Position numbers and translations under genes: made by a program. A DNA stretch of 64,000 nt, taken from NCBI GenBank assembly GCA_965198065.1, contig CBDAON010000004.1:1632001-1696000 (forward strand). The letters run 5' to 3'. The first letter of the stretch is position 1, and each line of letters begins with the position of its first letter. Below the pieces are notes generated by a model that worked only from the letters and a program-made list of their open reading frames with translations, had not been told where the DNA came from and did no database searches. This stretch comes from Longimicrobiales bacterium (GTDB lineage Bacteria > Gemmatimonadota > Gemmatimonadetes > Longimicrobiales > Gaopeijiaceae). Shown here piece by piece: positions 1-9,442 of the stretch.

Positions 1-1199
1 TCACGCGGTTCGACGCGTCTCCCTTTCGGACGCGGATCGCGGCGGAGGCGAGCACGTTCGAGCCCGAGGCGTTCATGGGGCGCTCCGAGGCCAGGCGCCT
101 GGATCGGTTCGGCCAGCTCACGATCGCGTCGGCGCGTCACGCGGTCGAGGACGCCTGCTTGGACGTGTCCAGCGTTCCGGGAGAGCGGGCCGCGGTGCAG
201 ATGGGCTCGGCCCTCGGCGGGATCGCGCACGCGGAGGGGGAGTTCCAGACGTTCCTGAATCGTGGAATCCGGGCCGTCGATCCGCGCCTGGCGCTGAGCG
301 TCTTCTGCGGGGCGGCGAGCTGCAACATAGCCATCGCGTTCGGATTCCAGGGCCCCAACTCTACGAACGCGATGAGCTGCGCGTCCGGTACGATCGGGAT
401 CGGGGAGGGGTTTCGGCTTATTCGCGAGGGGGTAGTGGACGTGGCCATCACCGGCGGTGTGGAGGCCCCCCTGTCGCCCCTCACCTTCGGAGCCTTCGCG
501 CTCATCCGGGCGATGAGCTCCAGGAACGACGATCCACCCGGTGCCTGCCGTCCCTTCGACCGTGGCAGGGACGGATTCGTCATGGGAGAGGGGGCGGCTG
601 TTCTGGTGCTCGAGGAGGAGGGGCGAGCGCTGGCGAGGGGGGCCCGTGTGTACGCGATGCTCTCCGGGTACGGCACGACGAACGACGCGCACCACATGAC
701 CGCGCCCCGTCCGGACGGGGCGCAGGCGGCCCGCGCCATGCTGGAGGCCTTGAGGAGCGCCGAGGTGGCGCCCTCAGAGGTGGACTACGTGAACGCCCAC
801 GGCTCGTCCACGCCACTGAACGACTCGACCGAATCCTCGGCCATCCGATACGTGTTCGGTGAACATGCCGACAGCCTGCTCGTGAGCGCCACGAAGCCCT
901 ACTACGGGCATGCCCTGGGCGCGTCGGGGGCCATCGAGGCCGCGATCTGCGCGAAGACCGTGCACGAGGGATGGATCCCCCCCACGCTCAACCTGTCCGA
1001 CCCGGGCGAGGGGTGCGATCTGACGTACGTCTCGGGCGAAGGGCGAGCATCCCCTGTGCGGCACGCCTTGAGCAACTCCTTTGGGTTCGGCGGCATCAAC
1101 GCTTGCCTCCTGCTCTCTTCCGCCGATTCGTCGGAGGGGCCCGACGGGGAGCCGCCCCCTCGGCTCGATTGGTCCGAGGACGGAACTCCGGGACGTTGA
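1..1199 (+). CDS. fabF: Beta-ketoacyl-ACP synthase II (5' end lies outside the window)
   Basis: The frame is open from nt 3 (TRFDASPFRTRIAAE). Motifs: catalytic SCASG, DYVNAHGSST, GHALGASG, SNSFGFGG. Confidence 0.92.
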   Translation, partial: TRFDASPFRTRIAAEASTFEPEAFMGRSEARRLDRFGQLTIASARHAVEDACLDVSSVPGERAAVQMGSALGGIAHAEGEFQTFLNRGIRAVDPRLALSVFCGAASCNIAIAFGFQGPNSTNAMSCASGTIGIGEGFRLIREGVVDVAITGGVEAPLSPLTFGAFALIRAMSSRNDDPPGACRPFDRGRDGFVMGEGAAVLVLEEEGRALARGARVYAMLSGYGTTNDAHHMTAPRPDGAQAARAMLEALRSAEVAPSEVDYVNAHGSSTPLNDSTESSAIRYVFGEHADSLLVSATKPYYGHALGASGAIEAAICAKTVHEGWIPPTLNLSDPGEGCDLTYVSGEGRASPVRHALSNSFGFGGINACLLLSSADSSEGPDGEPPPRLDWSEDGTPGR

Positions 1200-2200
1200 C
1201 AGAGGTCGCGTCGCTCCCCGTCTTCCTCCCCGAGTGGGCCCTGCTCCTCCCTCTGTCCGTCTCGCTCGGCGCCTGCCTCTACCTCAGCCTCTTGTGCCTC
1301 TCTGTCCTGCCGCTCGTTCCCGGGTTCGCCGACCTCCCCGGAGATCTGGAGCTCCTCGTCGGTCCGGAAACCACGCTGGTGGCCATGGGCCTCTACTTCG
1401 TGGGTTGGGCCGTGAGGGGGCACCCGCTCGTCGAGCTCTTGTGGGGAGTGGGAAACGTGGGTATCCGGTTCATTGCCGTCGCCCTCCTTGGGCTCCTCGT
1501 CCTCTCCGGCGGGGGTTCATTGGCCTCCGCTCCGTTCCTGCTCCTCGCCGGAGGTATTGCCGCGTACGTGCAGCTCCAGCGGGTCGGCTGGATCGTCATC
1601 GACCACCGGGGGGGCTGGATCCCGGCACGGCGCTGGATTCAGAGGCTCGGCGCCGAGTCGATCGCGCTGGGGCTCCTCTGGCTGGCGCTCCTTCACCCCG
1701 CCGTGGGGGTCGTCGCTTCCGCCGTGGCGCTGTTCGTCGTTACCGTCGCGGGACGCGCGTTCCACCAGGCCGGCCGGCTGGCCGTGGCGGTCGCGGTCGG
1801 GGCCTTCCACGCCGCCTCGGGCCGGTCGGGATGGCGCACGGGGTCGGCTCCACCCGGATGGGTGAGGCGCGCGAGGGAGTTCAACGACGAGGTCGGAGTG
1901 GATTCGGCGCGCGCGACGCGGGCTGCGCTGGTCCGCCCCGGCACACGTCCCGCGCTCGTGTACGGGTGGCTGGTGTCGTTCGCGACCGGGCCGGCGTTCC
2001 TCTTCCGCTCGCTGGATCGACTGTGGGAGATTTCACTCGAGCGGGCGACTCTGGAGAGCTGTGCCCGGCGCTTTCACATGACGGAGATCGGGCTCGAGGA
2101 CGAGGTCGGACGGCTGGCTCTCCTTGTCCCGATCGGCGGCCCGGGGCCTGAGGAGCTGGAGGGCATCTTCTCCGCCGCACCATCCGCTAAAAACCTTTGA
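1196..2200 (+). CDS. Multi-pass membrane protein, possibly divergent DUF4126-like with a C-terminal soluble domain
   Basis: TTG start overlaps the fabF stop (TTGA). Several hydrophobic segments; LPGDLELL..LYFV..LW...IR pattern recalls DUF4126. Confidence 0.55.
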   Translation: MTEVASLPVFLPEWALLLPLSVSLGACLYLSLLCLSVLPLVPGFADLPGDLELLVGPETTLVAMGLYFVGWAVRGHPLVELLWGVGNVGIRFIAVALLGLLVLSGGGSLASAPFLLLAGGIAAYVQLQRVGWIVIDHRGGWIPARRWIQRLGAESIALGLLWLALLHPAVGVVASAVALFVVTVAGRAFHQAGRLAVAVAVGAFHAASGRSGWRTGSAPPGWVRRAREFNDEVGVDSARATRAALVRPGTRPALVYGWLVSFATGPAFLFRSLDRLWEISLERATLESCARRFHMTEIGLEDEVGRLALLVPIGGPGPEELEGIFSAAPSAKNL

Positions 2201-2225
2201 CTCCGGAATCACCTGTTTATAGCTT
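2197..2225 (+). promoter_or_regulatory. Sigma70-type promoter for the first sigma factor gene
   Basis: TTGACT (2197-2202), 17 nt spacer, TAGCTT (2220-2225), in an AT-rich patch. Confidence 0.6.
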
Positions 2226-2365
2226 TGAGGGTTCTCGTTGGACGGATTTCCGGGGTCCCGCCAGGAAGCGTCACGAGCCCTCGAGATCCGGCTCTCCGCG
2301 GGTTTGTCGGCCCAGAACATGTCCACAGTCGCTCCCGAAACCCATTGAGAGGCAGTGTGGAACGG

Positions 2366-3226
2366 ATGTTTACCTCCTCTCGCGGCCTAGATTCCTTCGA
2401 TCAGTATCTGCAGGACGTCGAGAAATACCCCCTCATCCAGGACCCCGCGGAAGAGCGAGCCCTCGCTCGCCGGGCCCGAGCCGGCGACAAGGAGGCCGCA
2501 GAACGCCTGGTTACGGCCAACCTTCGGTTTGTCATTTCGTACGTGAAGAAGTATCAGGGACGGGGGCTGGGGCTGGCGGAGCTGGTGTGCATCGGGAACG
2601 AAGGCCTTCTCAAGGCGGTGAAGAAGTTCGATCCCGACAAGGGAGTCAAGTTCATCTCGTACGCGGTTTGGTGGATCCGACAGACCGTTCTGCAGGCGCT
2701 CGCGGAGCAGACCCGCTCGGTCCGCATCCCTCTGAACCAGAACTCGAACCTGGCCCGCCTCGCGCGGACGAATACGGCTTTGACGCAACAGCTGGGGCGT
2801 CCGCCGACGGACCAGGAGATTGCCGAGGACATGGTGGAGCCCGTCGAGACCGTGAGAGCCCTCCGCCGGGTCGCTGCAAGCGAGCTCTCCCTCGACGCGC
2901 CGATCGATCGGAGCGATCGAGACAGTGCTTCTTTCGGGGAGCGGTTCGCGGGGGTCGACTCCAACGACATCGAGGAGGACGTGGAGGCCACCGCCCGACG
3001 GGACTTCCTGGAGGGCATGTTCGAGAGCTACCTCACGGAGCGCGAGCGGAAGATCCTCTACCTGTACTACGGGCTGGATGACGGTGAGGAGCGAACGCTC
3101 GAGGAGATCGGCTCCCTTCTCGGCGTGACCCGGGAGCGGATCCGTCAGATCCGGAACCGCGCCTTCGAGAAGCTCCGGGAGAGCCCCCACGGGGAGTCCC
3201 TCTCGGGCTTCTGGACCGCCAACTGA
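2366..3226 (+). CDS. RNA polymerase sigma70 factor, short RpoD/SigA-like form lacking region 1.1
   Basis: Region 1.2 DQYLQDV, ANLRFVISYVKKY, KFISYAVWWIRQ, region 4 TLEEIG..LGVTRERIRQI. Confidence 0.93.
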   Translation: MFTSSRGLDSFDQYLQDVEKYPLIQDPAEERALARRARAGDKEAAERLVTANLRFVISYVKKYQGRGLGLAELVCIGNEGLLKAVKKFDPDKGVKFISYAVWWIRQTVLQALAEQTRSVRIPLNQNSNLARLARTNTALTQQLGRPPTDQEIAEDMVEPVETVRALRRVAASELSLDAPIDRSDRDSASFGERFAGVDSNDIEEDVEATARRDFLEGMFESYLTERERKILYLYYGLDDGEERTLEEIGSLLGVTRERIRQIRNRAFEKLRESPHGESLSGFWTAN

Positions 3227-3245
3227 GCGGGGCGCCCCGCCGCGC

Positions 3246-3611
3246 TCAGAGCTCGTCTTCGGCTTCGGTCGCGGAATCCTTCGGTGGCGAGAGCAGCACA
3301 AGCTCCCGGACGGTGATCTCGGCCGTTGGGATCGTCACACCGTCCCGGTCGTAGGAGTCGTAGCTCAGGCGTCCCTCCACGAACACCCGATCTCCCTTCC
3401 TCACGTAATCCTAGGCGAACACCGCGAGGCGGTTCCAGAGCGTGAGCCGGTGCCAGTCCGTCTTCTCGCGCTCCTCGTCGCCATTCGCCCCCATCCGATA
3501 GTTGGTCGCGAGGGAGAGGTGGGCGACCTTGGCGCCGCTCTGCGTCTCCTTGAGCTCGGGATCGCGCCCGACGTTTCCGATCAAGAGGATCTTGTTCACG
3601 GACCGGCTCAT
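3246..3611 (-). pseudogene. ssb: Single-stranded DNA-binding protein interrupted by an in-frame TAG at 3413-3411
   Basis: MSRSVNKILLIGNVGRDPE...TDWHRLTLWNRLAVFA*DYVRKGDRVFVEGRLSYDSYDRDG...AEDEL. The SSB signature continues in frame past the stop. GGAGG RBS lies 8 nt upstream of ATG 3611. Confidence 0.85.
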
Positions 3612-3758
3612 GGCCATCCCCTCCATCTGGCGGAACGACTCGGCCCGATCGAACCGGCACGGCCCGTCGAGCTCGGTGGATGGAAGGAGGATAAGAGGCG
3701 GGCTGGGGCGGTCCGATGGCGTGGGGGGCCTGGGTGAGCCCTGAGGGCAGGGGGCGTA

Positions 3759-6533
3759 TCAGCCGCTGCACTCGAACCACGAACGGCCGACCCCGACATG
3801 CACCTTGAGGGGCACGTTCAGTCGCATCGCGCCCTCCATCTCACGGACGACGAGCTCGCGGAGCTCGGGGACCTCGGCCTCGGGAGCCTCGAAGATCAGC
3901 TCGTCGTGCACCTGGACGATCAGACGGGCCTCCAGGGAGCGCTCCCGGATCCCCGAGTGGATGCGGATCATGGCGAGCTTGATCAGGTCGGCCGCGGTGC
4001 CCTGGAGCGGGGTGTTCTGCGCCACCCGCTCACCGAACTGACGCACGTTCCAGTTGTCGGACTCGAGCTCCGGAACGTAGCGGCGCCTCCCGCTCAGGGT
4101 CTCGACGTATCCCCTCTCCTTCGCGTGTGCCACCTGCTCGTCGAGGAAGGCCCTAACCCCGGAGAAGCGCTCGAAGTACTGGCGGATGAAGCTGGCCGCC
4201 TCCTCGTGGGAAATCCCCAGCTGGCGTGCGAGCGAGAATTCGCCCTGCCCGTACAGGGTCGCGAAGTTGATGGTCTTCGCGCGGGCGCGCTGATCGTCGG
4301 TCACCCGTTCGATGTCCACGTCGAAGATCACCGCCGCGGTCTGCCGGTGCACGTCGATGTCCTTCTCGAACGCCTTGACGAACGCCGTGTCTCCGGAGAA
4401 GTGAGCCAGGATGCGGAGCTCGATCTGGGAGTAGTCGGCTGCCAGGAAGACGTGGCCGGGGTCCACGACGAACCCCTTCCGGATTTCCCGCCCGACTTCG
4501 GTCCGGACGGGGATGTTCTGCAGGTTGGGATCGGACGAGGACACACGGCCCGTGGCCGCCACCGTCTGATTGAACGAGGCGTGGATGCGTCCGGTCTTGC
4601 GATTCACCAGCCGGGGGAGCGCGTCCACGTACGTGGATCGGAGCTTCTCCAGCTGCCGGTACTCGAGGAGATGCTTCGGCAGATCGTGCCCCTGAGCCGC
4701 GAGCTCCTCGAGCACGGAAGCGTCCGTCGAGGGCCCGGTCTTGGTACGGCGGAGCACGGGGAGGCGAAGCCTGTCGAAGAGGATCTCCCGGAGCTGGGGG
4801 TTCGAGTTCACGTTGAACTCTCCTCCGGCAAGCTTGTAGATCTCCTCCCGGATGGCGTCCAGATCACGCTCGAGCCTCTTGCTCATCTCCGCGAATACGT
4901 TCGGGTCGATACGGACGCCGTTCCACTCCATCTCCGCCAGAACTGGGACCAGCGGCATCTCCATGTCCCGGAAGAGGACCTCGAGCCCCTGCTGCTCGAG
5001 CTCTGGACGGAAGCGGTTCCATAGCTGGAGCGCGAGGTCGACGCGCTCGCAGGCGTACGGAGCCGCAGTTTCGATCGGGAGCGCGGAGAAGGGGATCTGG
5101 CTCTTCCCTTTTCCCGTGGCCTCCTCCCGTGACCGGGGGGCGCGGCCGAGGAGGTCGACCGAAAGCGTTTCTAGGGCGTGCGACCGGCGTCCCGGATCGA
5201 GGACGTAGGAAGCCACCATCGTGTCGGCGCTTCCGCCGCGGATCTCGACGCCGCTCCGGCGCAGGAGCAGGAGGTCGGTCTTCAGGTCCCGGCTGACCTT
5301 GGGCACGGTCCGGTCCTGGAGGAGCTCGACGAGCGGGCTCAACTCGTCGCTCGTGAGCGGGGGGAGGTTCCCCGGGGGCCCGCTTCCCTCCTCTCCTTCG
5401 AGAAGCGAGGCGGGCGGCGACTCGTGGCCGAAGGGAAGGTAGATCGCGGAGTCGGCCTTCCAGGCCAGGGAGATGCCGACGAGGCTGGCCCTCATTGGGT
5501 CGGGGGTCGTCGCCTCGGTGGCCACGGCGACGACTTCCGACTCGCGGGCGGCCCGGATTAGCCGCGCCAGCTCGGGCGGGTCCATGAGCGCCCGGTACCG
5601 GGGCTCGGACCCTTCACGCCGGGAGGGGCCGCCCGCGGCCGCGCCGAGCTTCTCGATCAGGGTTCGGAACTCGAGCTCGACGCAGATGTGGTAGAGGCGC
5701 TTCAGGTCGGGCTCGCGTACGCGCAGTCTCCCGAGATCGAGGGTCAGGGGCAGGTCCGTCTTGATCTTGACGAGCCGTCTGGCCTGCCGGATCTGCTCCA
5801 CGTGCCCGGCGACAGCGTCCCGCTTCCCGTTCCAGGGGATTCGCTCGGGGTCGGCAAGGAGCTCGTCCAGGGAGCCAACCTCGGTGAGGAGTCGCCGGGC
5901 CCACCCCTCGCCGATCCCGGGAGCACCCGGGATGTTGTCGGACGCGTCGCCCACCAGGGCGAGGAAGTCCACGACCTGCTCTGGCGGGACCCCGAACCGC
6001 TCCGACGCGTTCGACTCGTCCAACCATTCTTCGGCAACGCCGGTGGGTCCCCCGCGGCCGGGGTTCAGAAGGTGGACGCGGGGTCCGACCAGCTGGTGGA
6101 AATCCTTGTCGCCCGAGACGATCACGGCTTCGAGCCCCGCGTCGCTCGCTTGCCGAGCGAGCGTCCCGATGACGTCGTCCGCCTCGTAGCCGTCGAGCTC
6201 CACGACCTCGTCGTGGAACGCTGCGACCAGCTCCCGGATCCTCGGCAACGATGCCGTGAGCTCGTCCGGCATCTTTTCGCGCGTCCCCTTGTACTCGGGA
6301 AACTCCTTCTCCCGGTCGCTCGATCCCGCGTCGAAGACGACGGCGAGGTAGTCGGGGGCGTGCTCCTCCCGGATCCGGAGAAGGAAGTTCACGAACCCCC
6401 AGGCGGCTGACGTATTCTCTCCCCGGGAGCTCGTCAGCGGCCGATTCACCAACGCGAAGTACGAGCGGTATATGAGCGCGTACGCGTCGATCAGGAAGAG
6501 CCGCTCGGCCGTCTTGGGAGGGACGCGGGCCAT
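3759..6533 (-). CDS. polA: DNA polymerase I
   Basis: 5'-3' exonuclease motifs (LIDAYALIYRSY, EADDVIGTL, GDASDNIPG). Polymerase motifs: TGRVSSSDPNLQNIP, ADYSQIELR, AKTINF, QVHDEL. Confidence 0.97.
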   Translation of the reverse strand: MARVPPKTAERLFLIDAYALIYRSYFALVNRPLTSSRGENTSAAWGFVNFLLRIREEHAPDYLAVVFDAGSSDREKEFPEYKGTREKMPDELTASLPRIRELVAAFHDEVVELDGYEADDVIGTLARQASDAGLEAVIVSGDKDFHQLVGPRVHLLNPGRGGPTGVAEEWLDESNASERFGVPPEQVVDFLALVGDASDNIPGAPGIGEGWARRLLTEVGSLDELLADPERIPWNGKRDAVAGHVEQIRQARRLVKIKTDLPLTLDLGRLRVREPDLKRLYHICVELEFRTLIEKLGAAAGGPSRREGSEPRYRALMDPPELARLIRAARESEVVAVATEATTPDPMRASLVGISLAWKADSAIYLPFGHESPPASLLEGEEGSGPPGNLPPLTSDELSPLVELLQDRTVPKVSRDLKTDLLLLRRSGVEIRGGSADTMVASYVLDPGRRSHALETLSVDLLGRAPRSREEATGKGKSQIPFSALPIETAAPYACERVDLALQLWNRFRPELEQQGLEVLFRDMEMPLVPVLAEMEWNGVRIDPNVFAEMSKRLERDLDAIREEIYKLAGGEFNVNSNPQLREILFDRLRLPVLRRTKTGPSTDASVLEELAAQGHDLPKHLLEYRQLEKLRSTYVDALPRLVNRKTGRIHASFNQTVAATGRVSSSDPNLQNIPVRTEVGREIRKGFVVDPGHVFLAADYSQIELRILAHFSGDTAFVKAFEKDIDVHRQTAAVIFDVDIERVTDDQRARAKTINFATLYGQGEFSLARQLGISHEEAASFIRQYFERFSGVRAFLDEQVAHAKERGYVETLSGRRRYVPELESDNWNVRQFGERVAQNTPLQGTAADLIKLAMIRIHSGIRERSLEARLIVQVHDELIFEAPEAEVPELRELVVREMEGAMRLNVPLKVHVGVGRSWFECSG

Positions 6534-6551
6534 GGCCTGAGCCGCCTGGCG

Positions 6552-7250
6552 TCAGGCCTCCGTGCCCTCCACGGCATGGAGGGTGTCGATCACTTTCTGG
6601 GCCGACTCCTCCATGTCCACAACCAGGGAGTCGATCCGGGACACGAAGAAGTTGTTCATGATGCTCACGGGGATCGCGATGACTAGCCCCATGGCGGTCG
6701 TCACTAACGCGACCCTGATCCCGCGGGCGACCAGGATGGCCTCGACCTCCCCCGCGGCCTCGATGGTCTGGAAGGCGATGATCATCCCAATGACCGTCCC
6801 GAGGAATCCGAGGAGGGGCGCGATCGTCGTGAGCGTCGCGAGGATCACTAGCCCCCTCTCCAGCCTCGAGAGCTCCAGGAGCCCCTGGTTCTCGATGGCC
6901 TTGGTGACGCGCTCCGTGCCCTCTCGCCGGCGCTCGAGCCCCGCGTACAGGATATTGGCCCCGGGCGACGAGGAGGCCTCGCACACCTTCATGGCCTCGT
7001 CGATCCGATGCTCACCGAGGAGAGCGTTGACCTCGCGAAGCAGCTTTTTGGTCGTGGACCCCTTCGACGTGAGCTCTACGAACTTCCAGATGATGACAAC
7101 CAGACCCGTGACTGTGCAGATGGCAAGCGGCCATTGCATCACCCCGGCGTTCACCCATACGTATTCGAATTGCTCCCGAAGCGTGAGGTCGGCGACCGGG
7201 ACGCCCGGAAGCTGAAGAAGCGTCGTGTAGAGGTGCGTTGGCCCGCCCAA
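6552..7250 (-). CDS. MotA/TolQ/ExbB proton channel family protein (start uncertain)
   Basis: APLLGFLGTVIGMI and GIRVALVTTAMGLVIAIP motifs. Confidence 0.9.
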   Translation of the reverse strand: MGGPTHLYTTLLQLPGVPVADLTLREQFEYVWVNAGVMQWPLAICTVTGLVVIIWKFVELTSKGSTTKKLLREVNALLGEHRIDEAMKVCEASSSPGANILYAGLERRREGTERVTKAIENQGLLELSRLERGLVILATLTTIAPLLGFLGTVIGMIIAFQTIEAAGEVEAILVARGIRVALVTTAMGLVIAIPVSIMNNFFVSRIDSLVVDMEESAQKVIDTLHAVEGTEA

Positions 7251-7336
7251 GAGAACGTCCCGCCGCGTGGTGGATGGGGCTGGAGTCCGCCCGCCGGGGA
7301 ACTCGGGACGGAAACCCCGCAAGGTTGGAAGATGCC

Positions 7337-7365
7337 ATAATGGACGCGGGCACCAGGCGTGTCAA
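7337..7365 (-). promoter_or_regulatory. Sigma70-type promoter for the exbB-like/polA unit
   Basis: Minus strand TTGACA (7365-7360), 17 nt spacer, CATTAT (7342-7337). Confidence 0.65.
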
Positions 7366-9434
7366 GTTGCGGTGGGGGGCTCCCCCTCCCGCACCTCGTA
7401 ACATGCCGCCCGGTGCCCCTCCCGGTGCTCCTCGAGCGGGGGGTGGACCGCGCTGCGGCAATAGTCCGTGGCCACTGGACACCGGTCGAGGAAGAGGCAC
7501 GTGAGCTCGGCCCTCGAGCCGCCCGCCCCGCCCGATCCGATGGCAGGATCCGGCCTCCGGTAGGTGGGATCGGGGACGGGCACGGCCGCGATCAGCGCCC
7601 GCGTGTACGGGTGGAGCGGGCGCTGAAGGACCTCCTCGGTGCCGCCCAGCTCGACGATCTTTCCCCGATACATCACCCCGATCCGATCGCAGAGGTACCG
7701 GGCGACGGCCAGGTCGTGCGTGACGTACAGGTAGGTGACGTTCATGTCCCGCTTCAGCTCCGCGAGGAGCTCCAGGATTCCCGCGCGGACGGAGACGTCC
7801 AGCATCGAGGTGGGCTCGTCGGCCACCACGAAGCGCGGCCGAACGATCATGGCCCTGGCGATCGCGACCCGCTGGCGCTGCCCACCGGAGAGCTCGTGCG
7901 GGTACCGGGGGAGGAAAGTCCCCGGAGCGAGCCCGACCCGGTCCAAGATCTCTGCCACGCACCGATCCCGCCCGTCGCCCTCCTCCAGCCGGAGGACCCT
8001 GAGGGGCTCCGCGACGATCTGGCCAATTGTCATTCGGGGGTTGAGCGACTCGTACGGATCCTGGAAGATCATTTGCACGTTTCGCCGAAGCTCTGTCCGT
8101 TCGATCGCGCCGAGCTCGACGGGGGCGCCGTTCACCCGAACCCGAATCCCTCCCTCGGTCGGCTCTTCGAGCCGGACGAGCAGTCGCCCGAGCGTCGTTT
8201 TCCCCGACCCCGACTCTCCGACGAGCCCGAACGTCTCGCCCTCGCGAATGTCGAGGCTCACCTCGTCCACGGCCCGGACGACGCCCCGGGGGGCGAAGAA
8301 GAGCGTCTGACCCACGGGGAAGTGCTTCCGCACCTCGTCAATCTGGACGAGGGTCGGCCTGGACGGGGGCGGATGGGACCCGCCCGGTTCGTCCGGGCCC
8401 CCGCCCCCCCGGGTCCCCGCCGTGTCCGGGGGGCCCTCCGGCACCCTGGCACGGGCCGCCGCCTCCGACAGGTGGTCCCACGGGAGCTGATGCCAGCAAG
8501 CGGCGGCGAGACCGTCACGACGTGGCTCGAAGGTGGGATCGTCCGTGGCGCACTCGGCCGTAGCCCTGGGACAGCGCGGGTGGAATCGACATCCGGCCGG
8601 CGGGCGGGCGAGGTTGGGCGGGGCCCCCGGGAGCGACTCGATCCTCCGGAGCAGCCCGCGGAGCGACGGGGACGACGCCATCAGCGCTGCCGTGTACGGA
8701 TGGACCGGACCGGCGAAGATCTGCGCGGTGGGTCCCATCTCCACGATCCGGCCGGCGTACATCACGGCCACCACGTCGGCCATCTCGGCGATGACCGCCA
8801 TGTCGTGGGAGATGTAGAGCATGCTCAGCTGCCGCTCGCTCTGGATCCGCCTGAGCTCCCGAAGGATCCGGTCCTGGACGATGACGTCCAGCGCCGTCGT
8901 GGGCTCGTCCGCGATCACGAGCTTCGGATTACAAGCCAGCGCCATCGCGATCACGGCGCGCTGCTTCATCCCCCCGCTGTACTGGTGGGGGTACTGGTCT
9001 CGTCGATCCGGAGCGAGACCCACCGCCTCGTACAGCTCCGCGACCCGCGCCCGGGCGTCCCGCTCCCGGAGGTGCGGCTCATGTGTTAGGATCGCCTCGA
9101 CGATCTGCTCGCCCACCGTATAGACGGGGTTCAGGGCGTTCATGGCCCCCTGGAAGATCATCGAGATCTCGCTCCACCGGACCCGCCGGAGCTCCCGCGC
9201 CGGGAGCCGAGCGAGATCTCGTCCAGAGAAATGGATCTCCCCCTCGACCTGCGCCGTGTCGGGAAGGAGGCCCATGAGCGCGAGGGCCAGCGTCGTCTTC
9301 CCGCACCCCGACTCCCCCACGACCCCGAGCACCTCGCCGCTCTGGAGCGTGAGGGAGACCCGATCCACGGCGCCCACCGCTCCGCCGCGCGTGGGGTAGC
9401 GCACCGCGAGATCGCGGACGTCCAGGAGGTCCAT
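7362..9434 (-). CDS. Peptide/nickel ABC transporter ATPase, fused double domain (DppD-DppF-like)
   Basis: Two Walker A motifs ([16 protein letters not shown]), signatures YSGGMKQR and LSGGQRQR, two DEPT Walker B motifs, C-terminal CRFHPRC. Confidence 0.93.
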   Translation of the reverse strand: MDLLDVRDLAVRYPTRGGAVGAVDRVSLTLQSGEVLGVVGESGCGKTTLALALMGLLPDTAQVEGEIHFSGRDLARLPARELRRVRWSEISMIFQGAMNALNPVYTVGEQIVEAILTHEPHLRERDARARVAELYEAVGLAPDRRDQYPHQYSGGMKQRAVIAMALACNPKLVIADEPTTALDVIVQDRILRELRRIQSERQLSMLYISHDMAVIAEMADVVAVMYAGRIVEMGPTAQIFAGPVHPYTAALMASSPSLRGLLRRIESLPGAPPNLARPPAGCRFHPRCPRATAECATDDPTFEPRRDGLAAACWHQLPWDHLSEAAARARVPEGPPDTAGTRGGGGPDEPGGSHPPPSRPTLVQIDEVRKHFPVGQTLFFAPRGVVRAVDEVSLDIREGETFGLVGESGSGKTTLGRLLVRLEEPTEGGIRVRVNGAPVELGAIERTELRRNVQMIFQDPYESLNPRMTIGQIVAEPLRVLRLEEGDGRDRCVAEILDRVGLAPGTFLPRYPHELSGGQRQRVAIARAMIVRPRFVVADEPTSMLDVSVRAGILELLAELKRDMNVTYLYVTHDLAVARYLCDRIGVMYRGKIVELGGTEEVLQRPLHPYTRALIAAVPVPDPTYRRPDPAIGSGGAGGSRAELTCLFLDRCPVATDYCRSAVHPPLEEHREGHRAACYEVREGEPPTAT

Positions 9435-9442
9435 GGCCCCAG

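Noticed and set aside
3411..3413. Genome-wide TAG reassignment or pyrrolysine
   Set aside because: TAG terminates several genes at their expected ends (actE, HD, rsgA, bcp, ECF), and no pyl genes or suppressor tRNA are seen.
3640..3670. tRNA-like GGTTCGAT loop upstream of ssb
   Set aside because: No cloverleaf or acceptor stem can be built around it.
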